Source of the DNA: an uncultured Candidatus Saccharibacteria bacterium
GTDB lineage: Bacteria > Patescibacteriota > Saccharimonadia > Saccharimonadales > Saccharimonadaceae
Length of the DNA stretch: 64,000 nucleotides
Reading direction: 5' to 3'
NCBI GenBank assembly: GCA_963515045.1
Contig: CAUPWH010000001.1
Coordinates: 127,118 to 191,117, forward strand
Under the pieces are notes generated by a model that worked only from the letters and a program-made list of their open reading frames with translations, was not told where the DNA came from and searched no databases. Shown in pieces: positions 46,310 to 54,395 of the stretch. Position 1 is the stretch's first letter, and every line of letters begins with the position of its first letter. A program made the position numbers and the translations under genes.

Positions 46310-47822
46310 TTACTTCAATTTCTGCGCCCAACGAATTGAGCCGCTGAGCCAGTTCCTCGTAGCCGCGATTTATTGAATATACATCGCGCAGGATTGACAC
46401 GCCTGGTGCTGCCAGCATCGCCAGTAGCACTACGACTGACGGCCTAAGCGCTGGCGGCGCCACAATATCAGCCGGCTTCCATTTCGTCGGACCAGTGATA
46501 TATACCCGGTGCGGATCAACCAGTTCAATTTGCGCATTTAATTTGCTTAGCTCCGTGAAATAAATTGCTCGATTTTCATAGCTCCAATCGTGTACTAGCG
46601 TCCGCCCTTTGGCAACTGTCGCGATTAGCCCCAAGAACGGCAGGTTGTCCATGTTAATCCCCGGAAACGGCAGCGCGTGCAGCTTATCTTTGGCTGCTTT
46701 CATCTGAGAATGCTTGAGGTGGATATCAACCAGGCGCGTCCTTTCGTTATTCGCAAAATATTCCTGGCTTAATTCAAACTGCAAGCCCATTTCCGCCAGC
46801 GTCGCCAGTTCAATTTCCAAAAATTCAATCGGCGCCCGGCGCACGGTAATTTCCGAACCAGTTACCGCCGCTGCGGCAATAAAACTCATGGCCTCGATCG
46901 GATCTTCGCTTGGATAGTAGTCAAGGTTTTTATTAATATGCTTACGGCCAGTAATTTTCAAAATCGTCGTACCGATTCCTTCGACTTTTACGCCCAATTT
47001 TTGCAGAAAGAAACAGACGTCCTGCACCATGTAATTTGGACTAGCATTGCGGATGATTGTCGTATCTGGCGACAACGCCGCCGCCATAATGACATTTTCC
47101 GTCACTGTATCGCCGCGCTCCGTCAAAAGAATCGTTCGATTGCCAGAAATCACCTTAGTTTGCGCATGATAATATTCCGATTCTGCCGCCACATCCATAC
47201 CAAAACAGCGCAAGCCGCTCAGATGCGGCTCAACCGTGCGCTTGCCGAGATTACAGCCGCCAGCAAACGGCAAACGAAAATCACGGTACTGGTGAAGCAG
47301 CGGGCCAAGAAACATGATCACCGTACGCGTCCGCTTGGCAGCCTCTATGTCCATATTTTCCAGCTTCAGGCGCGCTGGCGGCATAATTTCCAAATCATTG
47401 CCATCCAGCCAGCGAGTTTTCACGCCAATTGAGTTTAATACTTCAATAATCCGATTAACTTCCTCAATCCGCGCCACTTTCCTGAGCGTGGTTTTCCCTT
47501 TATTTAACAAACTGGCACACAGCAAACCGACTGCCGCGTTTTTACTCGTATTGACGCGTATCTCACCAGACAATTTTTTACCGCCATGCACCCGAAAATT
47601 CATTTTTCCAGAATGATTTACCATCATAATGTTATTATTTAATACTTCACTAATACGCGCTACCATCTCTATACTAATATTCTGACCACCGTTTTCAATC
47701 CGGTTAATAGCGCTCTGCGAGGTGCCAATCGCCTCGGCCAATTGTACTTGCGTCATGCCCTGTTTTTGGCGGTTTTCAGCGATTAAATTACCAATCTTCT
47801 TCAAATACTTATCTTTATTCAT
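46299..47822 (-). CDS. murA: XRE-type HTH domain fused to UDP-N-acetylglucosamine 1-carboxyvinyltransferase
   Basis: The first ~70 aa are an HTH_3 domain (GMTQVQLAEAIGTSQSAINRIENGGQNISIEMV). The remainder aligns along its length with MurA (FRVHGGKKLSGEI, SKNAA, active-site loop FAGGCNLGKRTVEPHLSGL, INRGYEELAQRLNSLGAEIE). Confidence 0.85.
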   Translation of the reverse strand: MNKDKYLKKIGNLIAENRQKQGMTQVQLAEAIGTSQSAINRIENGGQNISIEMVARISEVLNNNIMMVNHSGKMNFRVHGGKKLSGEIRVNTSKNAAVGLLCASLLNKGKTTLRKVARIEEVNRIIEVLNSIGVKTRWLDGNDLEIMPPARLKLENMDIEAAKRTRTVIMFLGPLLHQYRDFRLPFAGGCNLGKRTVEPHLSGLRCFGMDVAAESEYYHAQTKVISGNRTILLTERGDTVTENVIMAAALSPDTTIIRNASPNYMVQDVCFFLQKLGVKVEGIGTTILKITGRKHINKNLDYYPSEDPIEAMSFIAAAAVTGSEITVRRAPIEFLEIELATLAEMGLQFELSQEYFANNERTRLVDIHLKHSQMKAAKDKLHALPFPGINMDNLPFLGLIATVAKGRTLVHDWSYENRAIYFTELSKLNAQIELVDPHRVYITGPTKWKPADIVAPPALRPSVVVLLAMLAAPGVSILRDVYSINRGYEELAQRLNSLGAEIEVIIE

Positions 47823-47887
47823 GCGGCGATTATATCACAGATGGTATATTAACGCAATGGTATAATAGAAGAAAAGGAGGAAATGCC

Positions 47888-49159
47888 ATGCAGGATACAC
47901 AGGTCGCCGACTTGATTGCGGCAGAAATAAAACGACAGCAGCTGGGGATCGAAATGATACCTAGTGAAAATTATGTCTCTTCAGACGTACTCAAAGCGCT
48001 GGGCAGCGTCTTTACCAACAAATACTCTGAGGGCTACCCTGGCCGACGCTATTACGGCGGACAAGAAAACACCGATCAAATTGAACAGCTGGCGATTGAC
48101 CGCGCTAAAAAACTATTCAAGGCTGATCACGCCAATGTTCAGCCGCACTCCGGCGCCCAGGCCAACGAGGCGGTGTATTATGCGTGGTGCGAGCCGGGCG
48201 ATACCATTCTGGCGATGGATTTGGCGCACGGCGGCCACTTAACACATGGCGCGCCAGTCACCCGCTCAGCCCGCGAATATAACTTCGTCCGCTACGGCAT
48301 CAAGGATGTCGAGACTGGCGAAATTGACTATGAAGAAATTCGCCACTTGGCGCTGAAACATCAGCCAAAAATCATCTTGGCGGGCTTCTCGGCCTATCCG
48401 CGCGAGCTAGATTACACCAAGTTTGCCGAGATTGGCAACGAAGTCGGCGCTATGTTGATGGCAGACATGAGTCACATCGCTGGGCTGATCGTCGGCGGCG
48501 TAGCCAAAAATCCGTTCGATCATGGCTTTCACGTTATCACCACTACCACGCACAAAACCTTGCGCGGCCCGCGCGGCGGCTTGATCTTGTCGAGAGGCAT
48601 AGTCAGCAACCCTTTGAAGCGGCCAGAAAAAACCTTGGAAAACTTACCAACGCTGATCGACCGGGCAGTCTTCCCCGGCACCCAGGGCGGCCCGCACATG
48701 CACACCATCGCTGCCAAGGCAGTAGCCTTTGGCGAGGCGCTACACCCGGAGTTCACGGAGTACGCCCAGCAAATCGTAAAGAATGCGGCTGTTCTGGCAG
48801 ATGAACTAAAACGCGGCGGTTTGAAGTTAGTGACAGGCGGCACCAGCAACCACTTGGTGCTGGCGGACGTCTACGGCAGCTTTAATATCGACGGCAAAAC
48901 CGCCCAAGAGCGGCTGGAGGCCAGCGGTATCACCGCCAATGCCAACGCCATCCCTAACGACACCCTACCGCCATTCCGCCCAAGCGGACTGCGTCTAGGC
49001 ACGCCAGCACTCACTACGCGCGGCATGATGGAAGCGGAAATTAAGCAAATTGCCAAGTGGATTATTACAGCGATAAATACAGAGAATACAGCAGAATACG
49101 CAAAAATTAAGCAGCAAACTACTAGTCTTGCGGCGTGTTTTCCGCTACCATATAAGTAA
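47888..49159 (+). CDS. glyA: serine hydroxymethyltransferase
   Basis: ENYVS, YSEGYPGRRYYGG, TTTTHKTLRGPRGG (PLP lysine). AAGGAGG Shine-Dalgarno. Confidence 0.95.
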   Translation: MQDTQVADLIAAEIKRQQLGIEMIPSENYVSSDVLKALGSVFTNKYSEGYPGRRYYGGQENTDQIEQLAIDRAKKLFKADHANVQPHSGAQANEAVYYAWCEPGDTILAMDLAHGGHLTHGAPVTRSAREYNFVRYGIKDVETGEIDYEEIRHLALKHQPKIILAGFSAYPRELDYTKFAEIGNEVGAMLMADMSHIAGLIVGGVAKNPFDHGFHVITTTTHKTLRGPRGGLILSRGIVSNPLKRPEKTLENLPTLIDRAVFPGTQGGPHMHTIAAKAVAFGEALHPEFTEYAQQIVKNAAVLADELKRGGLKLVTGGTSNHLVLADVYGSFNIDGKTAQERLEASGITANANAIPNDTLPPFRPSGLRLGTPALTTRGMMEAEIKQIAKWIITAINTENTAEYAKIKQQTTSLAACFPLPYK

Positions 49160-49173
49160 TACTAAATAAATTG

Positions 49174-49330
49174 GGGGGCAAATCAGAAATGGTTTCTTCA
49201 AAAAACAAAGTAAAAGGTTTTACGCTCGTTGAGCTTCTAATCGTCATCGTGGTCATCGCCATTTTGGCAGCCATATCAATTGTGGCGTACAATGGTATTC
49301 AGCAGCGTTCGCGCGACTCGGCAGCGGCAG
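49174..49330. repeat. left arm of a perfect 157-bp inverted repeat (5' UTR plus first 47 codons of pilin A)
   Basis: By my base-by-base comparison it is identical to the reverse complement of 49963-50119. Identity ends abruptly on both sides. Confidence 0.9.
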
Positions 49331-49617
49331 CAACTGCTGCGCAGCTATCGGCAAAAATTGAAGTATGGAATAGCCGAATCGGCAGATATCCTTCAACATC
49401 AGAGGTTGAGCACGGACTTGATAATGCGAAAGTTACCGAAGCAAAACTAAACCAAGATTTGAGAAATAAAATTACCGTCTCTGGAACATCCAGCATAACA
49501 AATGACATTTTAGTTAACTATAAAACATGCGGCACTTCTCCTAACTTTACCGGCGCAGAAATCGCTTACAAAAAGGGTAGCAGCATTGAAACACTCAAAC
49601 GAGGTACCGGCTGTTAG
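49189..49617 (+). CDS. type IV major pilin (copy A)
   Basis: MVSSKNKVKG/FTLVELLIVIVVIAILAAISIVAY prepilin signal with E+5. C-terminal Cys pair (TCG...GTGC). Confidence 0.85.
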   Translation: MVSSKNKVKGFTLVELLIVIVVIAILAAISIVAYNGIQQRSRDSAAAATAAQLSAKIEVWNSRIGRYPSTSEVEHGLDNAKVTEAKLNQDLRNKITVSGTSSITNDILVNYKTCGTSPNFTGAEIAYKKGSSIETLKRGTGC

Positions 49618-49638
49618 CCAATAGACGATACACAAATT

Positions 49639-49662
49639 AAAACCCCGGTTTTCCGGGGTTTT
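49639..49662. terminator. bidirectional rho-independent terminator between the convergent pilin genes
   Basis: AAAA-CCCCGG-TTTT-CCGGGG-TTTT. The palindrome is flanked by an A tract and a T tract. Confidence 0.8.
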
Positions 49663-49684
49663 ATAATACCGGTTTACTGATATG

Positions 49685-50104
49685 CTAACAACCAGTTCCA
49701 CGATCAATACGTTCAGTACCGCCTCCGTGAACGTACGTAATCCTAGCACCAGTACCACCGCCACATTGCTTGTAATGAACAGGGTGTTCGTTGTCTGGAG
49801 TAGCGGTACCTGTGATAATCCTACTCTGCAACTCAGCACCAATCGCCGCTTCGTTAACGTCAGAATCAACTAGATGATCAGTACCTACTTGACTATCAGT
49901 CGGGTATGAACCCTTTACACTATTCCATGCCTCAACTTTAGTTGATAACTGAGACGCAGAACCTGCCGCTGCCGAGTCGCGCGAACGCTGCTGAATACCA
50001 TTGTACGCCACAATTGATATGGCTGCCAAAATGGCGATGACCACGATGACGATTAGAAGCTCAACGAGCGTAAAACCTTTTACTTTGTTTTTTGAAGAAA
50101 CCAT
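49685..50104 (-). CDS. type IV major pilin (copy B)
   Basis: The first 47 aa are identical to copy A. The C-terminal globular part is divergent, with a Cys pair (QCGG...GTGC). Confidence 0.85.
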   Translation of the reverse strand: MVSSKNKVKGFTLVELLIVIVVIAILAAISIVAYNGIQQRSRDSAAAGSASQLSTKVEAWNSVKGSYPTDSQVGTDHLVDSDVNEAAIGAELQSRIITGTATPDNEHPVHYKQCGGGTGARITYVHGGGTERIDRGTGC

Positions 50105-50119
50105 TTCTGATTTGCCCCC
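49963..50119. repeat. right arm of the perfect 157-bp inverted repeat (pilin B 5' end)
   Basis: Reverse complement of 49174-49330. Confidence 0.9.
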
Positions 50120-50186
50120 TATTTTTAAGTTAAGTTGTTAACAAGCATTAGTGTATCAGAAGCGAGTAATAAGCGCAAGCATTTTA

Positions 50187-50819
50187 TTAAAAATTGAGAG
50201 ATTTTACGTATAGCCAGCCAGTATAGCTGATGTCGTCGCCGGCAACCGTCTTAGAAGCAGTTAACTTTACTTCCATAGTATCGGAATTAGTAGTTACGCT
50301 TAGTTTGACTTCTTTACCAGCAGAAATCAAAGTATCATCAATGCCTCTTTGCCAAACGTTCGAAGACGAACTACAGCCGCTGTCCATACTAGCCTTACGC
50401 TTTAAAGTATTACCTCCAACGACAGAATATTCCATCTTATATACCAGTGCTTCCGCCACAGAAATACCAGTTCCCGCTACCGAGCAGTCGCTTTTTTTAA
50501 TCAGCTTCCGGCTGGCGCTTAATGGGTTGGCAGACGTCGCCAGATTATGCATTGATATTTTATTAGACGCCATACCGTCAAAGTCAGTGCTTAACTTTAC
50601 ATCTTGCTCAATCTGATCAAGCGCCGCCAGCACCTCATTCTGCAGCTGTGTACGGGCGCTAGCGCGCATAGAGGTTCCGGTTAAGTTTACTATTGCTACC
50701 ACCATGGCGCTAATAATTAATATTATAAGCGGCATGACAGTCAACAGTTCTATCAGCGTAAATCCGGCGCTTCTTTTACGACTCTGGTCTCGGCGCTTAG
50801 CCTCCAAGATACGTTGCAT
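50187..50819 (-). CDS. prepilin-type N-terminal domain protein (minor pilin)
   Basis: SAGFTLIELLTVMPLIILIISAMVVAI. Start set at MQRIL (50819); earlier in-frame starts are possible. Confidence 0.7.
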   Translation of the reverse strand: MQRILEAKRRDQSRKRSAGFTLIELLTVMPLIILIISAMVVAIVNLTGTSMRASARTQLQNEVLAALDQIEQDVKLSTDFDGMASNKISMHNLATSANPLSASRKLIKKSDCSVAGTGISVAEALVYKMEYSVVGGNTLKRKASMDSGCSSSSNVWQRGIDDTLISAGKEVKLSVTTNSDTMEVKLTASKTVAGDDISYTGWLYVKSLNF

Positions 50820-51168
50820 GCGACACCTCCTCGCCATCGGAACCGTATTTAACAGTAACGACAACTCTTATTAATGATGAATCCGTATACGGTTTACACA
50901 TAGAGACAGTAGCGGACGCTGGCTTCGGTAAAGAGTTCGACCGAAGAGTTGCTGGCGATACAGCCGGCGACGAGCAAGTATTAGCAACGGCGGCGTAATT
51001 TTGTTTGCGTAAAATCTCATAGCCAAGATTGCTAGCCTCGCTCATCTCCCTAGTGTCAGCCGACTGATTTATGACCACGCTGTATAGCTGGTAGCCGCTC
51101 ATTAAAAACAGCGCCGCCACGAAAAGGGTTATTAATATTTCTACTGTCGTAAACCCACCCTGTTTCAT
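50797..51168 (-). CDS. prepilin-type N-terminal domain protein (minor pilin)
   Basis: MKQGGFTTVEILITLFVAALFLMSGY. Confidence 0.75.
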   Translation of the reverse strand: MKQGGFTTVEILITLFVAALFLMSGYQLYSVVINQSADTREMSEASNLGYEILRKQNYAAVANTCSSPAVSPATLRSNSLPKPASATVSMCKPYTDSSLIRVVVTVKYGSDGEEVSHATYLGG

Positions 51169-51764
51169 TATTTATGCCTGCTTTCTATGACTTGCCATTT
51201 ATCCGAATCTTTGGTTTCTAAATGATACATGATTGAGTATTGGCGGCATTCAACGCCGCTCTCCTGGCATTTCGTACCGCTGCCAGAGTGAGCAAAGTAT
51301 ACATATGCGCCGCTTGGATATGCCGGCAAGTTATTGGCAGCGTAGTTATTTTTATACGAATTTATATCAGCAATACTGCTAATACTGCGGCCGCCGGAAA
51401 ATATACCCTGCTTGGCTGGAATTAGCGCTTCGTTGCCGGACGGGCCTTTTTTCGCATCGTCCTGTAAATTGGCTAATATTTTATCAAACTGGGCGCTGGT
51501 CAAATTAGACGATCCAGCTGCGCCGGAAAAATAAGCCGGATAGCTGCCGACTGGCTTGATAACATTACCGCCGCCGTCTTTGATTTCCTGCGAATAAATA
51601 CTTTCCAAGTACATCTGAATCGCCGCTATGTCAGCTTCGCGCTCCTTATCGCGGGCGCTCGCCTGATAGCTGCGAAAGCTAACAACGCCGATGGTAAATA
51701 AGATTGCTATGATAGCAATAACGATAGTTAGTTCAATGATTGTAAATCCACGCCTCATCCTCAT
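51168..51764 (-). CDS. prepilin-type N-terminal domain protein (minor pilin)
   Basis: MRMRRGFTIIELTIVIAIIAILFTIGVVSF. Confidence 0.75.
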   Translation of the reverse strand: MRMRRGFTIIELTIVIAIIAILFTIGVVSFRSYQASARDKEREADIAAIQMYLESIYSQEIKDGGGNVIKPVGSYPAYFSGAAGSSNLTSAQFDKILANLQDDAKKGPSGNEALIPAKQGIFSGGRSISSIADINSYKNNYAANNLPAYPSGAYVYFAHSGSGTKCQESGVECRQYSIMYHLETKDSDKWQVIESRHK

Positions 51765-51802
51765 GTATTAAGCATAACCGTAAAGACAAAAAACTACAAG
51801 CC

Positions 51803-52825
51803 TTATTCTAGCTCAAGCGGCTCTTGCTGGATTTGAATGTGAAATTTATCGTATACTTTCTGAACAATTTTCTCTCTGGCCATAGCCAAATCAGGATAGC
51901 CAGCCGCGCCATTATTAACTAAAACCAGCGCATTTTTTTCGTAAACTCGAATATTATGGAATGTTTTTCCTTTTAAGCCAGCCTTTTCAATAAGCCAGCC
52001 TGTAGGAATTTTATATGTATTGTCCGGCATAATGTAGTTCGGAATATCCGGATATTTTTTCTTTAATTCGTCCAGCTGCCACTGCTCTATGATAGCATTC
52101 TTAAAGAAAGAACCGGAATTTGGCTCTTGGGTGGGATCTGGCAATTTCTCGGCGCGAATATTAAGAACAGCCACTCGAATGACTGGCAAATTAACAATTC
52201 TAATGTCATTTTCAGTAAGATACTTTTGGATGGCAGCGTAATACGGCGGCTTAGGCTGAGTACGGAACAGCCGCAATGTAATGCTTAAAATACAATACCG
52301 CCCTTTTTGGCTGCTGCGAAAAATACTATTTCTGTACGAGAAATGGCAATCTTTGGCGCTAATAGTAACGATTTTCCCTTCTTTTGAATCAAATGCCTCC
52401 AGGCTAACCAGCGTATCAGCGATCTCTTGTCCGTAAGCACCGATGTTTTGCACCGGCGCAGCACCAGCTGTTCCAGGAATGCCCGACATCGCTTCAACGC
52501 CCTGTAAATCCATGCCAACTATCTTTTCCACCATTTCATCCCAATTTTCGCCGGCACCAATTTTTATGACAACGTTCTCGCCATCATCCGATATAATGTC
52601 AAAACCTTTGATGCGGTTCAATAAAACAACGCCGTTGAATGTCTCATCATGTGTGATCACGTTGCTGCCGCCGCCAAGGACGAAGACTTTCAAGCCTTTA
52701 GTACTAGCTTCCTTATAAATATTTTTAACATCATCAGCAGTGCTGGCTGCCGCCATAAAACGCGCTTTGCCGCCCAGCTGCATGGTTGTGTATTTTTTCA
52801 AAGATATATCAGTTCTCATTTCCAT
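51803..52825 (-). CDS. murB: UDP-N-acetylenolpyruvoylglucosamine reductase
   Basis: LKKYTTMQLGGKARF, FAD-binding VLGGGSNV, C-terminal GWLIEKAGLKG...VNNGAA. ATG 52825 lies 6 nt after a TATAAT; ATG 52819 is also possible. Confidence 0.85.
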   Translation of the reverse strand: MEMRTDISLKKYTTMQLGGKARFMAAASTADDVKNIYKEASTKGLKVFVLGGGSNVITHDETFNGVVLLNRIKGFDIISDDGENVVIKIGAGENWDEMVEKIVGMDLQGVEAMSGIPGTAGAAPVQNIGAYGQEIADTLVSLEAFDSKEGKIVTISAKDCHFSYRNSIFRSSQKGRYCILSITLRLFRTQPKPPYYAAIQKYLTENDIRIVNLPVIRVAVLNIRAEKLPDPTQEPNSGSFFKNAIIEQWQLDELKKKYPDIPNYIMPDNTYKIPTGWLIEKAGLKGKTFHNIRVYEKNALVLVNNGAAGYPDLAMAREKIVQKVYDKFHIQIQQEPLELE

Positions 52826-52882
52826 AAGCACATTATATCATTTTTCCCGGCTGGCGCTAGTGTGATATAATATACCCGTTAT

Positions 52883-52959
52883 GCACCCGTAGCTCAGCGG
52901 ATTAGAGTACTTGGCTTCGAACCAAGTGGTCGCAAGTTCGAATCTTGCCGGGTGTACCA
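52883..52959 (+). tRNA. tRNA-Arg (anticodon TCG), CCA encoded
   Basis: Cloverleaf with anticodon stem CTTGG/CCAAG, loop CTTCGAA, and a G1.U72 wobble. Confidence 0.85.
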
Positions 52960-53044
52960 ATTTTTGCGCTCTGGCAATCCAGCTGAACCACCCTCGGCGT
53001 TAAATTATACGTCCTTTGGCTGTATTGTAAGCAGCGCACCAAAT

Positions 53045-53121
53045 GCCCCGTTAGCTCAACTGGATAGAGCGTTGGTTTCCGGTACCAAAGGTTGCAGGTT
53101 CGATTCCTGTGCGGGGTACCA
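53045..53121 (+). tRNA. tRNA-Arg (anticodon CCG), CCA encoded
   Basis: Cloverleaf with anticodon stem TTGGT/ACCAA, loop TTCCGGT, and a G1.U72 wobble. Confidence 0.85.
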
Positions 53122-53134
53122 AAATGAATTTATT

Positions 53135-53485
53135 ATGTGTGATTTTTCTAAAACTCCTTACCGTAACGACGAAGCTGCCGGCTGGATTCTTAGCCCAGTG
53201 CACAGGCGTCTTGATTGCGTAGCTATTCATCAGACGCCGTACATTGTTCCAATTCATAGAGATTGGGGACTTGATCTTTTTAGCCTCAGCGTTGAGCTTA
53301 TTATCGTTACGCTGCTACTGCTTGTTGCTTGGCGGACACGACAAAAAGCTTCACGCGATACGAATCGCAAATCGCGAGTTGTAATTTCAATACTTTTCAA
53401 AACAGCCGCAATACTATTTGTTGCCACCGTAATTGCCGTAACGTGCATGCGCTTGTTACATGGCGCGCGAGCAAACAGTCTTTGA
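53135..53485 (+). CDS. possible small membrane protein
   Basis: This is the part of ORF 52952-53485 downstream of tRNA-Arg, starting at MCDFSK. It has two hydrophobic segments and no family signal. Confidence 0.3.
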   Translation: MCDFSKTPYRNDEAAGWILSPVHRRLDCVAIHQTPYIVPIHRDWGLDLFSLSVELIIVTLLLLVAWRTRQKASRDTNRKSRVVISILFKTAAILFVATVIAVTCMRLLHGARANSL

Positions 53486-53580
53486 AAAATATGCAACGAA
53501 TTATTTTGATTCTAAAAACCATTCAGCAATTCCGAATCATCAATTGATATGATTCTTAAATCTCTGTTACAATATCCTCA

Positions 53581-54270
53581 GTGATGACAAAATTGAGAAA
53601 AAGACAGAGTCCTGATTTATGTGTAGAGCGCTGCACGCCCAGGTGGCTTGCTAGTTTATTTGGCCGCCAAGCTGTGCGCTGGAGCATAAAAAATGAGGAT
53701 ATTAAAGAACAGCTAGCAGATTTCAAAAAGGCTGAGCTATGGGCGGACACGCTCCTTGACGAGCACTGGAACGATAAGTTTCCTGTTGATCCAAACGTCA
53801 TCGCAGTAAACATGGGAATGGAAGTTTGGCTTGCACCTACTTCGGGAGAATTTGCTGGTGTCATTTTAAAAACCGATAAACAGGAAATGCCGTCAATCTT
53901 TGTAGACAAGGATGCTACCACTTCTCGAAAACGCTTAACGATCGCTCATATGGTTGGCCACTACGTTGAACATCTCGGAGACCCGGAATCCCCAGACCAG
54001 CAAATACCTGGCTATTTTGGATTTCATGATGAATCAATGGTTAGCGATGAGACAATTCTTGCAGACCGTAGGCCTACCGACTCGGGGGCGCCTAACCAAT
54101 CTCAGCGAGAACTCTTTGCAGACCACTTCGCCCGCTCTCTGCTAATGCCCGAGGGCGAGTTTCAGGAGGTTATCGATTTGGGATTGAAGTTCGACGACAT
54201 TGCGACATACTTTGGTGTTTCTGCTGCAACTATGCGAAATCGCCTGAATGATCTCGGAATAGACCTTTAA
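53581..54270 (+). CDS. ImmA/IrrE (DUF955) family metallopeptidase-like protein with an atypical HMVGH site
   Basis: LTIAHMVGHYVEH sits where the family has HExxH. Downstream ELFADHFARSLLMPEGEF matches the conserved E..AN.FA..LLMP segment. Confidence 0.6.
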   Translation: MMTKLRKRQSPDLCVERCTPRWLASLFGRQAVRWSIKNEDIKEQLADFKKAELWADTLLDEHWNDKFPVDPNVIAVNMGMEVWLAPTSGEFAGVILKTDKQEMPSIFVDKDATTSRKRLTIAHMVGHYVEHLGDPESPDQQIPGYFGFHDESMVSDETILADRRPTDSGAPNQSQRELFADHFARSLLMPEGEFQEVIDLGLKFDDIATYFGVSAATMRNRLNDLGIDL

Positions 54271-54395
54271 CGAGTAGTTAGGGATTACTTCCATCCTGGA
54301 ATTATCACAGAACGCCAGCAGACCCATATTCGTTATTTGACTTTCCATATTGCCTGTGCTTAAATCATAAGCATTAGTACTCTGAGGAGAGGGAT

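Noticed and set aside
52952-53134. N-terminal 61 codons of ORF 52952-53485
   Set aside because: This stretch overlaps the 3' end of tRNA-Arg(TCG) and runs through tRNA-Arg(CCG). Only the part after ATG 53135 is retained, at low confidence.
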